Shown piece after piece: positions 12,100 through 23,592 of a stretch of 64,000 nt of DNA. The stretch's first letter is position 1, and every line of letters starts with the position of its first letter. The DNA is from Geosiphon pyriformis uo1. Taxonomy: Eukaryota > Fungi > Glomeromycota. The notes below the pieces were generated by a model. The model made no database searches. It saw only the letters and a program-made list of their open reading frames with translations, and was not told where the DNA came from. The position numbers and the translations under genes were made by a program. Location: positions 584,727-648,726 of the forward strand of contig JAAOMT010000741.1 in NCBI GenBank assembly GCA_016748015.1. Direction: 5' to 3'.

Positions 12100-13606
12100 A
12101 TTAAGCGAAACATGAAATCACAATTTTCGCTGTTCAGGATATATGGGGCAATCTTTAACAATTAACTCCTTTATCGTTGTATTATTACCAATATCAATAA
12201 TTCGACAAGCGAACCAATAAACTCCATTTTCATAAGAAAAATAATATTATGCTTATATATATATTTTAATCAAAAAGTAAAGTTATTCTTGAAATGTTAG
12301 CACAAAATTCATCGAAAGACTAAACTTTGATAATGACAGCAAGAAGAAATAACGAGTGACAAATAATAAGGATTTTTGATCGTATTAGTCTTCAATAATT
12401 TGAATTCTTGGAATGGGCCGTTAGTGACTTCTTGTGCCTTAACCACGCCAGGCTGAGAATAAGTAAAAAGAAAATGCTGAAACTTTTGCATGCCAGGCAA
12501 CTTCTTGAAATGGATTTCCAAACTACTCAGAATATCATTATATTGATAGCCCTCGCTACCATTATAACACCGAGCTTTATTTAGTCCAGTAATGCTAGAT
12601 CTTTTCACCACACCTACAATGTGATCAATAAAATATATTCTGGTTTTGCGATAGAGTTTTTTGATCAGACCAAAGCTACCATCACACTTGAATTTAGTAT
12701 GGCCCGGAACCATGAAGTTCAATTCAATACTTTCATAATAACCAGCAATTATCAGGTACAGGTAAAACCAAAGAGTGGTATTGTTTTTGTTTTGTCCACC
12801 TGCATTGTCGCAAGTGATTTTTAAATGTTATTCAATTTCTTAATCACATCAAAGAGTACCCTTGAGACCTTTTCCAAGCAGTTCATTCTCATCCAGCACA
12901 TAATTAATTTGCTCACGCACCGCTTCATCTTGGATCCCAAACAAATGCACTTTGCGAGCACTATGATAATACACCTTACCGATTTGTTGATCTGAATGGG
13001 GCACATGGACATTTTGCGCTCAATCATAACTGTAATGAGCAGTAGCATCAACGCTGCAATATCGAATTTTATTATTTGTAAGTGAGTGTTGATTGACGAG
13101 TTTTCTGTTCTGCCAACTTAGTATTTTTGTTATAATAGTTTCGCTCCAGCTTAGCCTTGGCTAGATGTTCTTTGTATCTCTTTAATAAGTCTTCCTCTTT
13201 GCGAGCTTTGAGTTGCAAGTCATTTTTCAAACACTGACAAGTGTCGCATAAATCGGTCCTCGGACTCATAATTTGAATTCGTGGAGTCAGTTGATGCCAT
13301 AATTTGCAAAAAGCAACATACTTGATGGCACACAATTTACTATCTTCTTCTAAACCGGCCAAAAGGTCACGGTGAACGGACCTATAACTCATTTCCGCCG
13401 GTAGAAAGATAACCGATTGGGTTCTTTTATTAACGCGAGCCCTATTCTTGAGACGCCGACTAGCACTTACGGATCCACCATCCACGGCCTTGAGTTGGGC
13501 CATCAAGAAAATATCTTTTTCAGACTTGGAAAGCGCTTGAAAAGCCTCACGCATCTCGGCAAACGCTTCCTTGGGAACTTTAGTTGAGCAGCCGCAGCAA
13601 CAGCCT
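12100..13606 (-). pseudogene. Sola1-like DDD transposase relic (frameshifts, nonsense codon, probable internal deletion)
   Basis: Across frames: SPRTDLCDTC, HYSYD*AQNVHVP (D1, W>stop), TCDNAGGQNKNN (D2), VPGHTKFKCDGSFGLIK (D3) and a C-terminal KIAPYI. No TIRs found. Confidence 0.78.
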
Positions 13607-13758
13607 TATTTTTATATAGGAATAGCCCTATATATTCATTTTGCTTTTAAGTGTAGCTATCATATATTTTAATTACAATTTATATTTACAGCTTCGCTCC
13701 CCGAACCAAACTCGGCAACAAAGAATGACCAATCTCTCTGTATCAGCCTTCCAGCCAA

Positions 13759-15994
13759 CTATTTGACCTTCTTCCTGACTGGTGTGTTGACGATATGGCC
13801 AAAACAACCTCCGACCTTTCCACTCTCTAGTGCCTCATCCTCCTCGCCCTCTTCAGTCCGCCGTTTGCGATGGGCCCTAGAGTGTAAGAGCGCTACGTCG
13901 TTGGCGTGATCGCAGATTAGCTTGAGAGTTTGCTGAGAGAAATGGAGAAAGTTAAGTAGCCGAACATCGTACTGCATAGTTAAATATTAAAGAGAAAAAT
14001 CAGTGAAATACCTTGACATTCAACATGAGCACGTAGAAGGCTTCAAGAGTGGCAAGCATCCTGACGGTGGCTGGCAGCTTTGTTGTCGCAAGCCGGCCGA
14101 ATCGACAGAGGTTCGTGGCCCGGCAGTCCATCCCGAACGTATAATGGACCCAGCCTTATACCCCCCCAAAAAAGGTATTATTTCCTTATTTAAAGGGAAG
14201 ACAAAAAATGTACTATATAACGACTGTTTTCTGCATACCCCACGATTGGACGCCGAGCACGAAGGTCCGATGCAGCTCGTCGTCTGGTGCGTTATTGTTC
14301 GAAGCAAAAAACCTGTGCAGAATATCGCGCATAGTGATAGCCAGGTCGACGTGATCTTCAAAAACCTTTTTCCGGTGTGCCTCTGGAAGACCGCCTGATC
14401 TGAGACCAACAATTGCCTCGAGCTTGTCATTGCTGTGTTTGAGCGAGCCCCGAAAGTCACATTTTTGACCGACCCGTGCACGGAGAACGATGGAGCGACC
14501 TTGGTTACGACGAGCCGCAGATGCCCAACAACATATATCTCCACTAAGAAAAAAAAAGATTTCAATAACAGTAATTTGTGCTTTTATTTTCATAAAGACT
14601 TAAGTCAGATCCTTAAAACTCACACGTCCATTTTCAACTCGGATCTGTCAAGGAACCGTTTCATCAGCATGTTAGGAAAAGAGTTGTCAAATCCCGCCTC
14701 TGAGACCGGCAGATCCACGTCCCCGAGGTTTTCCGCACTGATGGTGAATGTCGTATATTAAAGTTTCAGTAGAACATATATTTATCAACGGTAGATACAT
14801 TGCTTCAACTTACTATGTCATGATTGTGAGCATCAAGGTATTGATTTCGCGTCTGTCGTCTGCGGTGAGTGCGATGCCGTACTCTTTCGCAATGGATTCC
14901 GGCATGAGACGATTAAACGCTAGAGTTGGGTTGTTGCCGTCATTGACAATCTGATAAAAAGCATAAGAGAGGGAGGGAATAAGCCAAGGTTCGTCCAAAT
15001 CTCTCTCCGCATGAAATGAAGTTCGAGGTTACCTTGTGAACTTCGTCAAAAAATCGACACACGGCGTCGGATACTTCGGCATGCGACAACCTGACGTCTT
15101 GATGGAAACTCTTTACCATCTCCGCCCAATCCTCAGCAGAAAACAGAGCCTTCGTCTCTGGATGGTCACCGGTGAGATCTAGTATCCCCCAGTAAGCCGG
15201 GCTTCAAAATTTTTTGCAATTAATACAATTAATGTTGATATCGAAGATCGGATCAGCATGACTTACTCTGAGCATTTTTGAGATTCTGGGATCGTCTCGA
15301 CGTATTTCGCTAATATCTCTTGAACTTTAGTCCCACTCGAGAGAATCCAATATTTAGTGTGAGTTGTGGTGTCTTGATTCTCAAGTCTTTCCATAAACGT
15401 GTGGTCGACTTTGTTTCCCATCATCATTGAGGCACCACGGTCTTCTTCTAACGAAACCGCGCAATCTTCATTCTCACGGTTCTTCTCGTCCAACTCACCT
15501 TCATTGGCGTCTTCCTCAGTCGATCTGTCGTTATCGTCTTCATCGATGAGTTGATTGATAATACGCTTGTTCGCATGAAACCCCTAATATTATAATAGTA
15601 TTAGTAAACTATTGTAAAGGATTTTTACATCTAACTTCTAGGTTACCTTTAGTTCTTCAATAGTACACGCTGAAGTATGCTTCATTCTTAATGCTGTCTT
15701 GTGTTCCTCTGCTTCGGCTTTGCATCGTAGCTTATTCTTGAACTGCGACACTTCGACGGCGGAGAAACCTTTGTCATATGCATTCAATATTTTTGTCATC
15801 CTTTTTTTAGCATTTTTGTTGATGCTGTCACTTTTCTCATAGCTCCGGAGCGCGGTATAGATGTCGTCTTTAACACAGTCGAGCATATCGATATATAGTT
15901 CCCGCTTTGATGCTATATATTCCAGTATCGAGATGATTGACCAGTCGCTATATTTCACACTGTTCAGATAATCAAACACGATATCTCGAAACAT
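13759..15994 (-). CDS. Intact 8-exon gene; C-terminal PD-(D/E)XK restriction-endonuclease-like fold of the Crinkler/CR-REase-type families
   Basis: Seven GT-AG introns join the ORF fragments in frame: MFRDIVFDYL...ELK/GFHANK...CSE/PAYWGILDL...VHK/IVNDG...IMTY/AENL..SEAGFDNSF...MDV/GDICCWASAARRNQGR...GQKCDFRG...KKVFEDHVDLAITMRDIL...GVQSWG/WVHYTFGMDC...CRFGRL...LP.../QTLKL...KKVK*. The family call is from motif recall only. Confidence 0.68.
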
Positions 15995-16094
15995 CTTAAA
16001 GGAGAAAATTAAGTTTGTAAGCCATTTTAACACGTATAGAAAACCAAGCGAAAGAAGCACAAGGTTGAGTCAACTTGCGTAACTGGAAAAACAA

Positions 16095-16330
16095 CATGCA
16101 GGTAACAGGCCTTCAGCACGTATGCTCAAGGACGTTCCCTGGAGATTGCTCCCAAGCATCTGACACAGGACGTAATGGCCATATGCCAGTAGATACGCGT
16201 AACACACCCTGGACACTGGCATGCAAGTAACAGGCCTTCAGCACGTATGCTCAAGGACGTTCCATGGAGACCAGCGCCAAACATCTAACGCAGGACGTAA
16301 TGGCCGTACGCCAGTAGGGATGCGCGTGAC
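16095..16330. repeat. Two-copy ~125-bp direct tandem repeat
   Basis: CATGCA(G/A)GTAACAGGCCTTCAGCACGTATGCTCAAGGACGTTCC...CAGGACGTAATGGCC...GCCAGTAG at 16095 and 16220. Confidence 0.9.
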
Positions 16331-16519
16331 TGGTAGCAGGCAAATAAATCATAGTATGTACTTTCCTTGAAAATTACAGACGCGATGGTTCAGTTACTTA
16401 AGAGATTTGACATTGTTTTTGTTAAAATTTTTCAAACCACGGGTGACGTCACAAAGTCACTTAAACGATTATCTAATCATTTATATTTTAAGCTTGCAGC
16501 CTGTTTTGTGACTCCTGAT

Positions 16520-16935
16520 TAGTGATTCTAACCGGTTAAAATTTTTGTAACCGGTTAACTGATTAAATTAAATGGTTAAAACTGGTTAACCGATTTGATT
16601 AATTTCCCTAATTGTAATTGGCTAAATAATAAATATATAATATAAAACGTAATATGTTAATTTTATTTAGGATATACCGCAAAAAATTTTGAATTTTGTT
16701 TAAGAAAAAGAATATCAGAAAAAGTTGTTGAACTAAGTCGGTTACGTTTTTCAGTTAAAGTATTTCCAGCTTAGCTTAAGAACTTCAAAGACTGGCTGTT
16801 CTTTTTGCGGGTCATGAAAAAAAAAATTCCATATGATGATCACGATGAATAATTTTTAATCTATTTCTAAATATGCCAACCGTTAAAACTTTTTAAATGG
16901 TTAACCGGTTAAGCCTTAATCGGTTAGGAACACTA
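16520..16935. mobile_element. Non-autonomous hAT-type element (MITE), 416 bp
   Basis: Imperfect TIRs TAGTGATTCTAACCGGTTAA / TTAATCGGTTAGGAACACTA. Perfect 8-bp TSD CTCCTGAT (16512-16519 and 16936-16943). Subterminal AACCGGTT repeats at both ends. Confidence 0.9.
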
Positions 16936-17030
16936 CTCCTGATACGAGTATTTAAATCCAAATCGGGACACTTTTATTGGAGTTTTATTTTCTTACAGAA
17001 TAAAGAGAGAAACTTTGAAATTTTACAAAT

Positions 17031-17830
17031 ATGAGCCACCATGGACATGATAGTTCAGATGCCCATGAAACTGCCCCACGTCGTTGTATGATGAATGTAA
17101 AGCAAAGGACTTTTATCATATTCTTTTACTTTGCTTATAATAGTAATGTTTTGAAGCAATTCATAAAAAATGGTTCACCTTTACTATAAAATTTTGACTT
17201 TAACAAATCTCAAATCTTCTCTTTTAATCTTCCAAGATGCTATTCAACTGGCAACGCGAAAATCTATGCATCGTATTTAAATGGTGGCGTGTTGATTCTT
17301 TATTCACTCTTCTGATAGCTTGTTTGCTCGTTGCGTTGTTGACAGCCTCGTATGAAGCTCTTCGCGAAGCTTCTCGTAAATACGAACAACGAATCTACGA
17401 GGGTGAATTATACCGGCTACGTGATCATGTTAGTGCTGGTCCACTGCATAGTTCGCGAAATAGTTTAGAGGATGATGGTGATTTAGGCGCTAATATTTAC
17501 GTGAAAGATGATGTACCTCTATTAGGTGCTATTTCAACTGTGAAGTATGTATGATTCAATTTTGGGTTCGTTTGAGATATTCGATTTTATCTAATACTGT
17601 ATTAATTATTATTCCAATCTGAAAGATTAACTCGTCGCCAACAAATGACACGTTCATTTCTTTATGCCCTCCAAGTCTTTATTTCAATGTTTGTGATGCT
17701 TATTTTTATGACTTACAATGGCTTTTTGATGATAAGTGTTGTGATCGGGGCCGGTGTTGGCTATTATATATTTGCCGCGCGTATCCTTTCGCTAAACACT
17801 TCATCCACGAAAAGTGCCGCTTGCCATTAA
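17031..17830 (+). CDS. CTR2: Ctr-family copper transporter (Ctr2-like), 3 exons
   Basis: His-rich N-terminus MSHHGHD, CMMN/MLFNW, three TM segments, MxxxM motif (MLIFMTYNG), GxxxG and C-terminal ACH. Confidence 0.9.
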
Positions 17831-18268
17831 ACGACAATCTACATTGGTCATCTGATTAACACAGTCTCCTAGCTATGTTAGGCGAGCTTCGTAGTACTAT
17901 TAATCGTTTTGACCTTGCAATCACTTATGTTGTTAAACCTAATAAAGAATAATTAAATTGGTCCAACTTTGTGGAATATTTCATTGATTTGTTATGTGGC
18001 TGCTCTTAGTATCTATTCGAATTCTTCTAAAGAAACGGGGATTCATTTGAAAATGTTTCAAATAGTTTGATAAATTTTTTATTCGAAAACTTCCCATTAT
18101 GCTTGAATTCTATTTAATTAAAATTAGTCACTCGGCTACGTAAAATCAGTGCAGCGAAAAACCTCGGGGCACATTTCATTTTTCAACCTGTGTGGTCAAA
18201 ACTCCAAGTTTTTGGTTTAATCCCCATATCTTCAAGAACCAAAGTTTTGATTCTTCAATAATAACATC

Positions 18269-20381
18269 CTAATCAATCTCCAAACTTTGAATTCCTGCTC
18301 GAAGCCTCTCAGTTTCTGGATCTAGTTCAAGCCCTGGAGTTCCTACATTTCTTCGAGAATCAAAAGAATTGTCAAGCATCTCTAACAACTGGTGTTTTGA
18401 TCCTTTCCCTCCTTTTTTGACATACTGGCGAAGGTTTTGTGGAATATCAAAACCAAGGGTTTCCATCTCCTCTAAAGCAATTTTGGCTCTGGGATCCCGC
18501 ATGTAGGCACATTTTCGTATGATCATTTCGTATACAACTTTATCTGGTACAATATTGCGCGATTTCATTTCTTCAAGATAAGCGAATGCTTCCTCATAAT
18601 CCACATTACTGCATGCCAGTTCGATCAAATAGTTATATATTTTTTTGGTAGGCTCGAGACCTCTTCTACGTAATTCTTCTACTAATTGGTGAGCTACAGA
18701 GTGATGTTTTATAGCTACACATATATCTAGTAGTGTCTCGAATGTTTCTTCATTTGGCTCAACCCCAAGTTTTTCAGCTTGATTGTAAGTTTCCACAGCA
18801 CGAACTATGTCAGGTTCGCGACTTCCCGTTTCTGGATTCACCCCAACAAAACCGCAAGAAAAGATTACTACATTCAACGCTGTGACATCAATTTTTTTTC
18901 CATTTTTGTGGAGCTCCTCGAGAATAAAATAAGCCTCATCAACTTTGGCAGCATCTTCTCTGATAGCTAAACAAAGTGGCCAAGCTGTTTTAATGGTCTT
19001 TTTGACACCTTGAATATTAACAAGCTCCAATACATTAAATGCACGTTTAAGATCCCCTCCAGTGACATATGCTTCTAAAAGTCCGGCCCAATGATACTCT
19101 TCAAGCTTAGCTTTTTGCGCCAAAAGATGTTTAATTGCTGCTATAGCAATTTCAGGCTTCCCTAATCTGGCCCCTGAATTAATAATATCGGTGCAAATTC
19201 CTTGATCAAGGTTAAGCTTTAATTCATCCACCGCCTTTTTCCAGCAATAGTCGATACCTTCAGGCTGATAAAAAGAAAACCAGGAAGTCAGCCAGTCATG
19301 AACCCCGCAACACAAATTGGATCATAATAAATCAAAACACTTACAAAATGAAAGAATGCAAAATCTCTTAATAAATGGATATATAACATGGGGTATACAA
19401 TTCGATGATGAGTCTCGGCTTTCTTTAACCATTCTAAAGCTTCATCGCATTCGGCTTGATCAGCTATCAATTTAATAAGCTTTTCGAAAGATACCATACT
19501 TGGAATATCGGATTTTTTGATCATTTCATTCATAAAATCGATAGCATGTTCGGCTTCTTCCTGAGCAACCAATCCATCGATATAAAATTCATATGTCTTT
19601 GGTGTTGGTGTCAAATTATATTTTTCCAAAAGGCTCATTGCATATTCTCTGTAGCAACTCGTCGCAGAATGCACAGAGGCCTGAAACGGGGTAGTTCAAA
19701 GTAAATTCTGTGGTTGCTTAATTAAAACCATTTTCTTTTTAGCTTACCTTCAGAAGGGAGTGACAAATATCCAAATCTGGTTCAATTCCGACGCCTATCA
19801 TTTCATGGACCAGCTCAAGACATTCTTCAAATAAACTCAAGGGCTGGTAAAGAGCCAGCAACGCTTTATATGTTTCTAAATTTGGTTTTATTCCTTTATC
19901 ACTCATTATGGTACAGGTGTTGTACGCTCGTCCAACGTTAAGCCAATGTGCGGATTTGATAAGTTCTTTATTGAGTTCATAAAGAACTTTATTTTCATCG
20001 TTAGGTGAGGGGTTATCGGAAATGTTAGGGCTTGATTCTAAACTTTGAAAGGCTTCAACGGGAGTGAGAGGTGGATTTTGTGAAAGTTGAGGCTCGACAA
20101 GAGGCGAAATATTAGCCACAGAAGACACGGCTTCCACATGAGAATGTCGTTTATGTACTGCAATGCCAAAAAAAAAAGCTCAGAGGTAAGTATCCAGAGA
20201 AAAATATAACCATATAAAGACAATTTGATAAAACATGATCCTTGCCATGAGTAAACCATGTTGAGCTAAACCTTTCGGAAGGCCTTAAAGGTGTAACAAA
20301 AAATTTGTGATTTAATTGAGCGTTTTGCCTGAGCAAAATCTCGAAAAGTGGTTTAGTAGTTCGGGCAATTCGTATCGACAT
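18269..20381 (-). CDS. Pentatricopeptide repeat (PPR) protein, probably mitochondrial, 4 exons
   Basis: Repeated 35-aa helical motifs (GIKPNLETYKALL, GVEPNEETFETLL, GLEPTKKIYNYLI, NIVPDKVVYEMII). Arg-rich presequence-like N-terminus. The first intron (20245-20158) is GC-AG. Confidence 0.9.
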
Positions 20382-21367
20382 TCTTTGTTGGTGGCAATGG
20401 GGGCACTGGAGAGTGTTGATTCAACAATTTTTTTTAGATTATGGTCAATGACTCATAATTGTGTGACCCTGTTTTCGATAATCGAAAGCGGGTAGATTTT
20501 AACCAGTAATACAAAATTCGGAACCTAAAAATATTAATGAAATCATTCTCTCGAAAATACAATAAATGCTACTTTTACAATGTAAACGAACGTTGAATTT
20601 TAATAAAAGTTTTCATACATTTAAATAATTTTTTTTTTCTCCAAATTAAGATAGAAATTTTTTTTAATGTTTAATATCGTTTGATAAAAATGAGTACAAT
20701 TTCAAAATAAAATATTTTAAATGATAAAAATTAATTTTCTTAATTTTCTTAATTTTTAAAAACTAAATAATTCTGCAAATTTTTTATATAATACAAATAA
20801 GTATTATTTTTAAACATAAATTAAGGATCTGATAATTTTTACATCTCTGTGATCAATAAATGGCACTGCAGCTGATTGTAACTTTCATAGAAAAGTATAA
20901 TAACTAATTTTAATTTTAAATATCTTTTTTAAAGTTTGTAACAATTTTTATCCAAAATATGTAAATATGAGATCTTCAAAAATTTTTGGCTTTTTCTATG
21001 AAATAACGGGTTTTTAGTCTAAATTATCCCCGATTTTTATTGCTAAAATCTAAACTGGGTCACATTACCATCACCTCACAATGTGTAACACAGAGAGACA
21101 AATCAGAGTGTATTTTTCTTTGGTCTCCTCGCTTTTTGCCCAACGAAAAATTGTAATAAAGCTTACATTTCAAAAAGCGTTTTTCATCAATAACCGTCTC
21201 GTTCCTTTTACTTACACTTAAGTTCTCCTTTGTCTATGTAACCGGGTGAAAAACTTTTTACCGGGCAAATATTTTAAAAAACGTTAAATTTTGTAGTTTT
21301 AGACCACCATCTTAAGGAAAGATTTAGGGCAAAGTCTATTTGTAAAAAAGATTGAGATAGACTTATC

Positions 21368-23592
21368 ATGGCAGCTGTTGAACCACACCAACAACCTCCT
21401 GCATCACCTTTCACATCTCCACTATCTCCTCCAATACTTTCACCTTCTTCACCGGCTGCCGCACGTTCTTCGTCACCGTCTGTGTTCGATGTTTTTCCGC
21501 TCGTATCAGAAAACCCTCCTGTCAGAGCACTTACCAGCTCTCAATATTACCTAATAAATGAGGCATATTATACCACACCACTTCCAAACGACATTTTGTT
21601 TCCATGGTTACATGGAGTTGATGGTAGTAATTATCAACAAAATCAATTTTTTGGCATAAGTAATTGTCAGGTTCCAGAGCATCGTGGCGTCACGGTAGTA
21701 CAAGCCGAGGAAGATAATACAAAAGCACAATTGGTTGGAACTGTTTTTCCAAGTGATATTCTAAATCCTCCATCTTCTGATGATCCAAATGAATTCAGAG
21801 GTTTTCTTAGGATACCCGATGGGGAAGGAATCAATCTACGAAATTTTAAAATTCAAGTGGCAAAATATGCTACACTTTGTGATATTGTCGTCTATGGAGA
21901 AAACGGATTATCCGAAAAAGTTATGCAAATCGCAAAACAAATATCTCGAGCCCAACAAGCATCTCGAGCCCAAAAAGCAACTCGACATCAAAGGACGAAC
22001 GAGATCCTTTATGAAACATTTGTGATAGTAGGTGAGATTATTAATCTAAATTATGTCCTTGATCTATCTATCCTGGCTGCTATCTAATAAAGTGAAATCT
22101 TAATCACAATTTTCATTCAAACTTGATCATATCATAATTTATACGATTTTCTTAGAGCCATTTTCCTTATTCGAAAAGGATTTTCCCGAACTTGTTGCTG
22201 TAGACTCTCAAGGAGCCATATGTAATAAAATTAACTTCTTAGAGCAAGAAAGAGAAGAAATGCGACTATTAACTGCTGCATCTGAAATATCGCACAATGT
22301 TTGGGTAAATACTGGCTCATCCATAATGATAAGCATTTAATTATTTGGTTATCAATATTAAATAATCAAATTTTATGAAAAATTTTAATAATAGCTAGGC
22401 AATTCACCCGATGTACCTGTGATCAATGAGAATAATCCAGCTGACTCAGCTATATCCTTGATCGATGATAACCCACATCAATTTTCCATTTGTGTAGAAT
22501 CACATGATATGGCAGAAATGCCTACTCGTGAAATCTTCGTAAGCGCGGTAGAGGCTCTTAATAGAGCGGTCCCTTCACCCCCATCAACGCCACGATCGTT
22601 ACTGACCGAACTGATACATCTGGACTGTGTTGCTTCTGGAGTGAATTGCAACACTCTAGCAACATTGGACGTTCTAGTTACAAAATTAATAGATCTTTGT
22701 GGGTTCATCTCAGAACAGGCTAATCTACACAATCGAAAAACTTTGATTCACTGTTTTGATGGATATACAGAAACTTCATTGTTGGCACTGACCTATCTCA
22801 TGTATCAAGAAAATCTGAAGCTTCCAGAAGCCTATCTTAAGCTTCAACAAACGCGTAGCTTTTTCGTATATCCTAATGATATCCCTACCTTGACTGCAAT
22901 TGAGAAACGCGTACACGGGAAAAAAGAATCAGAGCAAGACACCGCTACTAAAATGCACCCTTGGTTTTATTCTCCGCATTTCGAGGGAAGTTTTCCTAGT
23001 AGAGTTTTGCCATTTTTATATCTTGGCAATTTGAATCATGCATGTAATGCTAGCATGCTCAAGATTCTTGGGATCACGCATGTGCTCTCCGTTGGAGAGG
23101 ATGCCAGATTGAACCAGTGTGATTTCAAGGTTAAATTCTTGGACAATCTCTATGATGATGGGATTGACAGTCTATGGAGACATTTAGATGGATGTGTCAG
23201 TTTCATTGGTGAGTTACTGAACTTGATTGTTTTGATCTTGTAAACTTTCCCGTATGTGCTTTCATCAAATATATGAACTTTAACCTTTGGTAATCTTGAT
23301 TGAAAAAGAAAATGCTCGTGAAACAAAAGGGAATATTTTGATTCACTGCCGTGTTGGAGTGTCCAGATCAGCTACCATCACGATCGCCTACATAATGAAG
23401 CATTTGGGCAGGTCCCTCGTTTCGTCTTACTTATTTGTTCGCGCCAGACGTCTTAACGTAATCATTCAACCGAATCTCAAGTTCATGTACGAATTGTTGC
23501 AATATGAACAAAAACTGACTGGACGGATGGGAATCAGTTGGACAGGTCTTGCTAAAGAGGTTCACACTTTGAATATGTGTTACGTTGGCTAA
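21368..23592 (+). CDS. PPS1: Pps1-like dual-specificity protein phosphatase, 4 exons
   Basis: LFPWLHG, NLRNFKIQVAK, degenerate first DSP loop HCFDGYTETS, FPSRVLPFLYLGNL, active loop HCRVGVSRSA and IIQPNLKFMYEL. Confidence 0.9.

Noticed and set aside
12111-14470. GAAATCACAATTTT (12114) and GAAAGTCACATTTTT (14452) as possible Sola TIRs
   Set aside because: They are in the same orientation, and the second lies within coding sequence (GQKCDFRG). No TSD.
14003-14761. Plus-strand ORFs (131 aa, 108 aa) and the 181-aa minus-strand ORF
   Set aside because: Antisense or off-frame shadows of the spliced REase-like gene.
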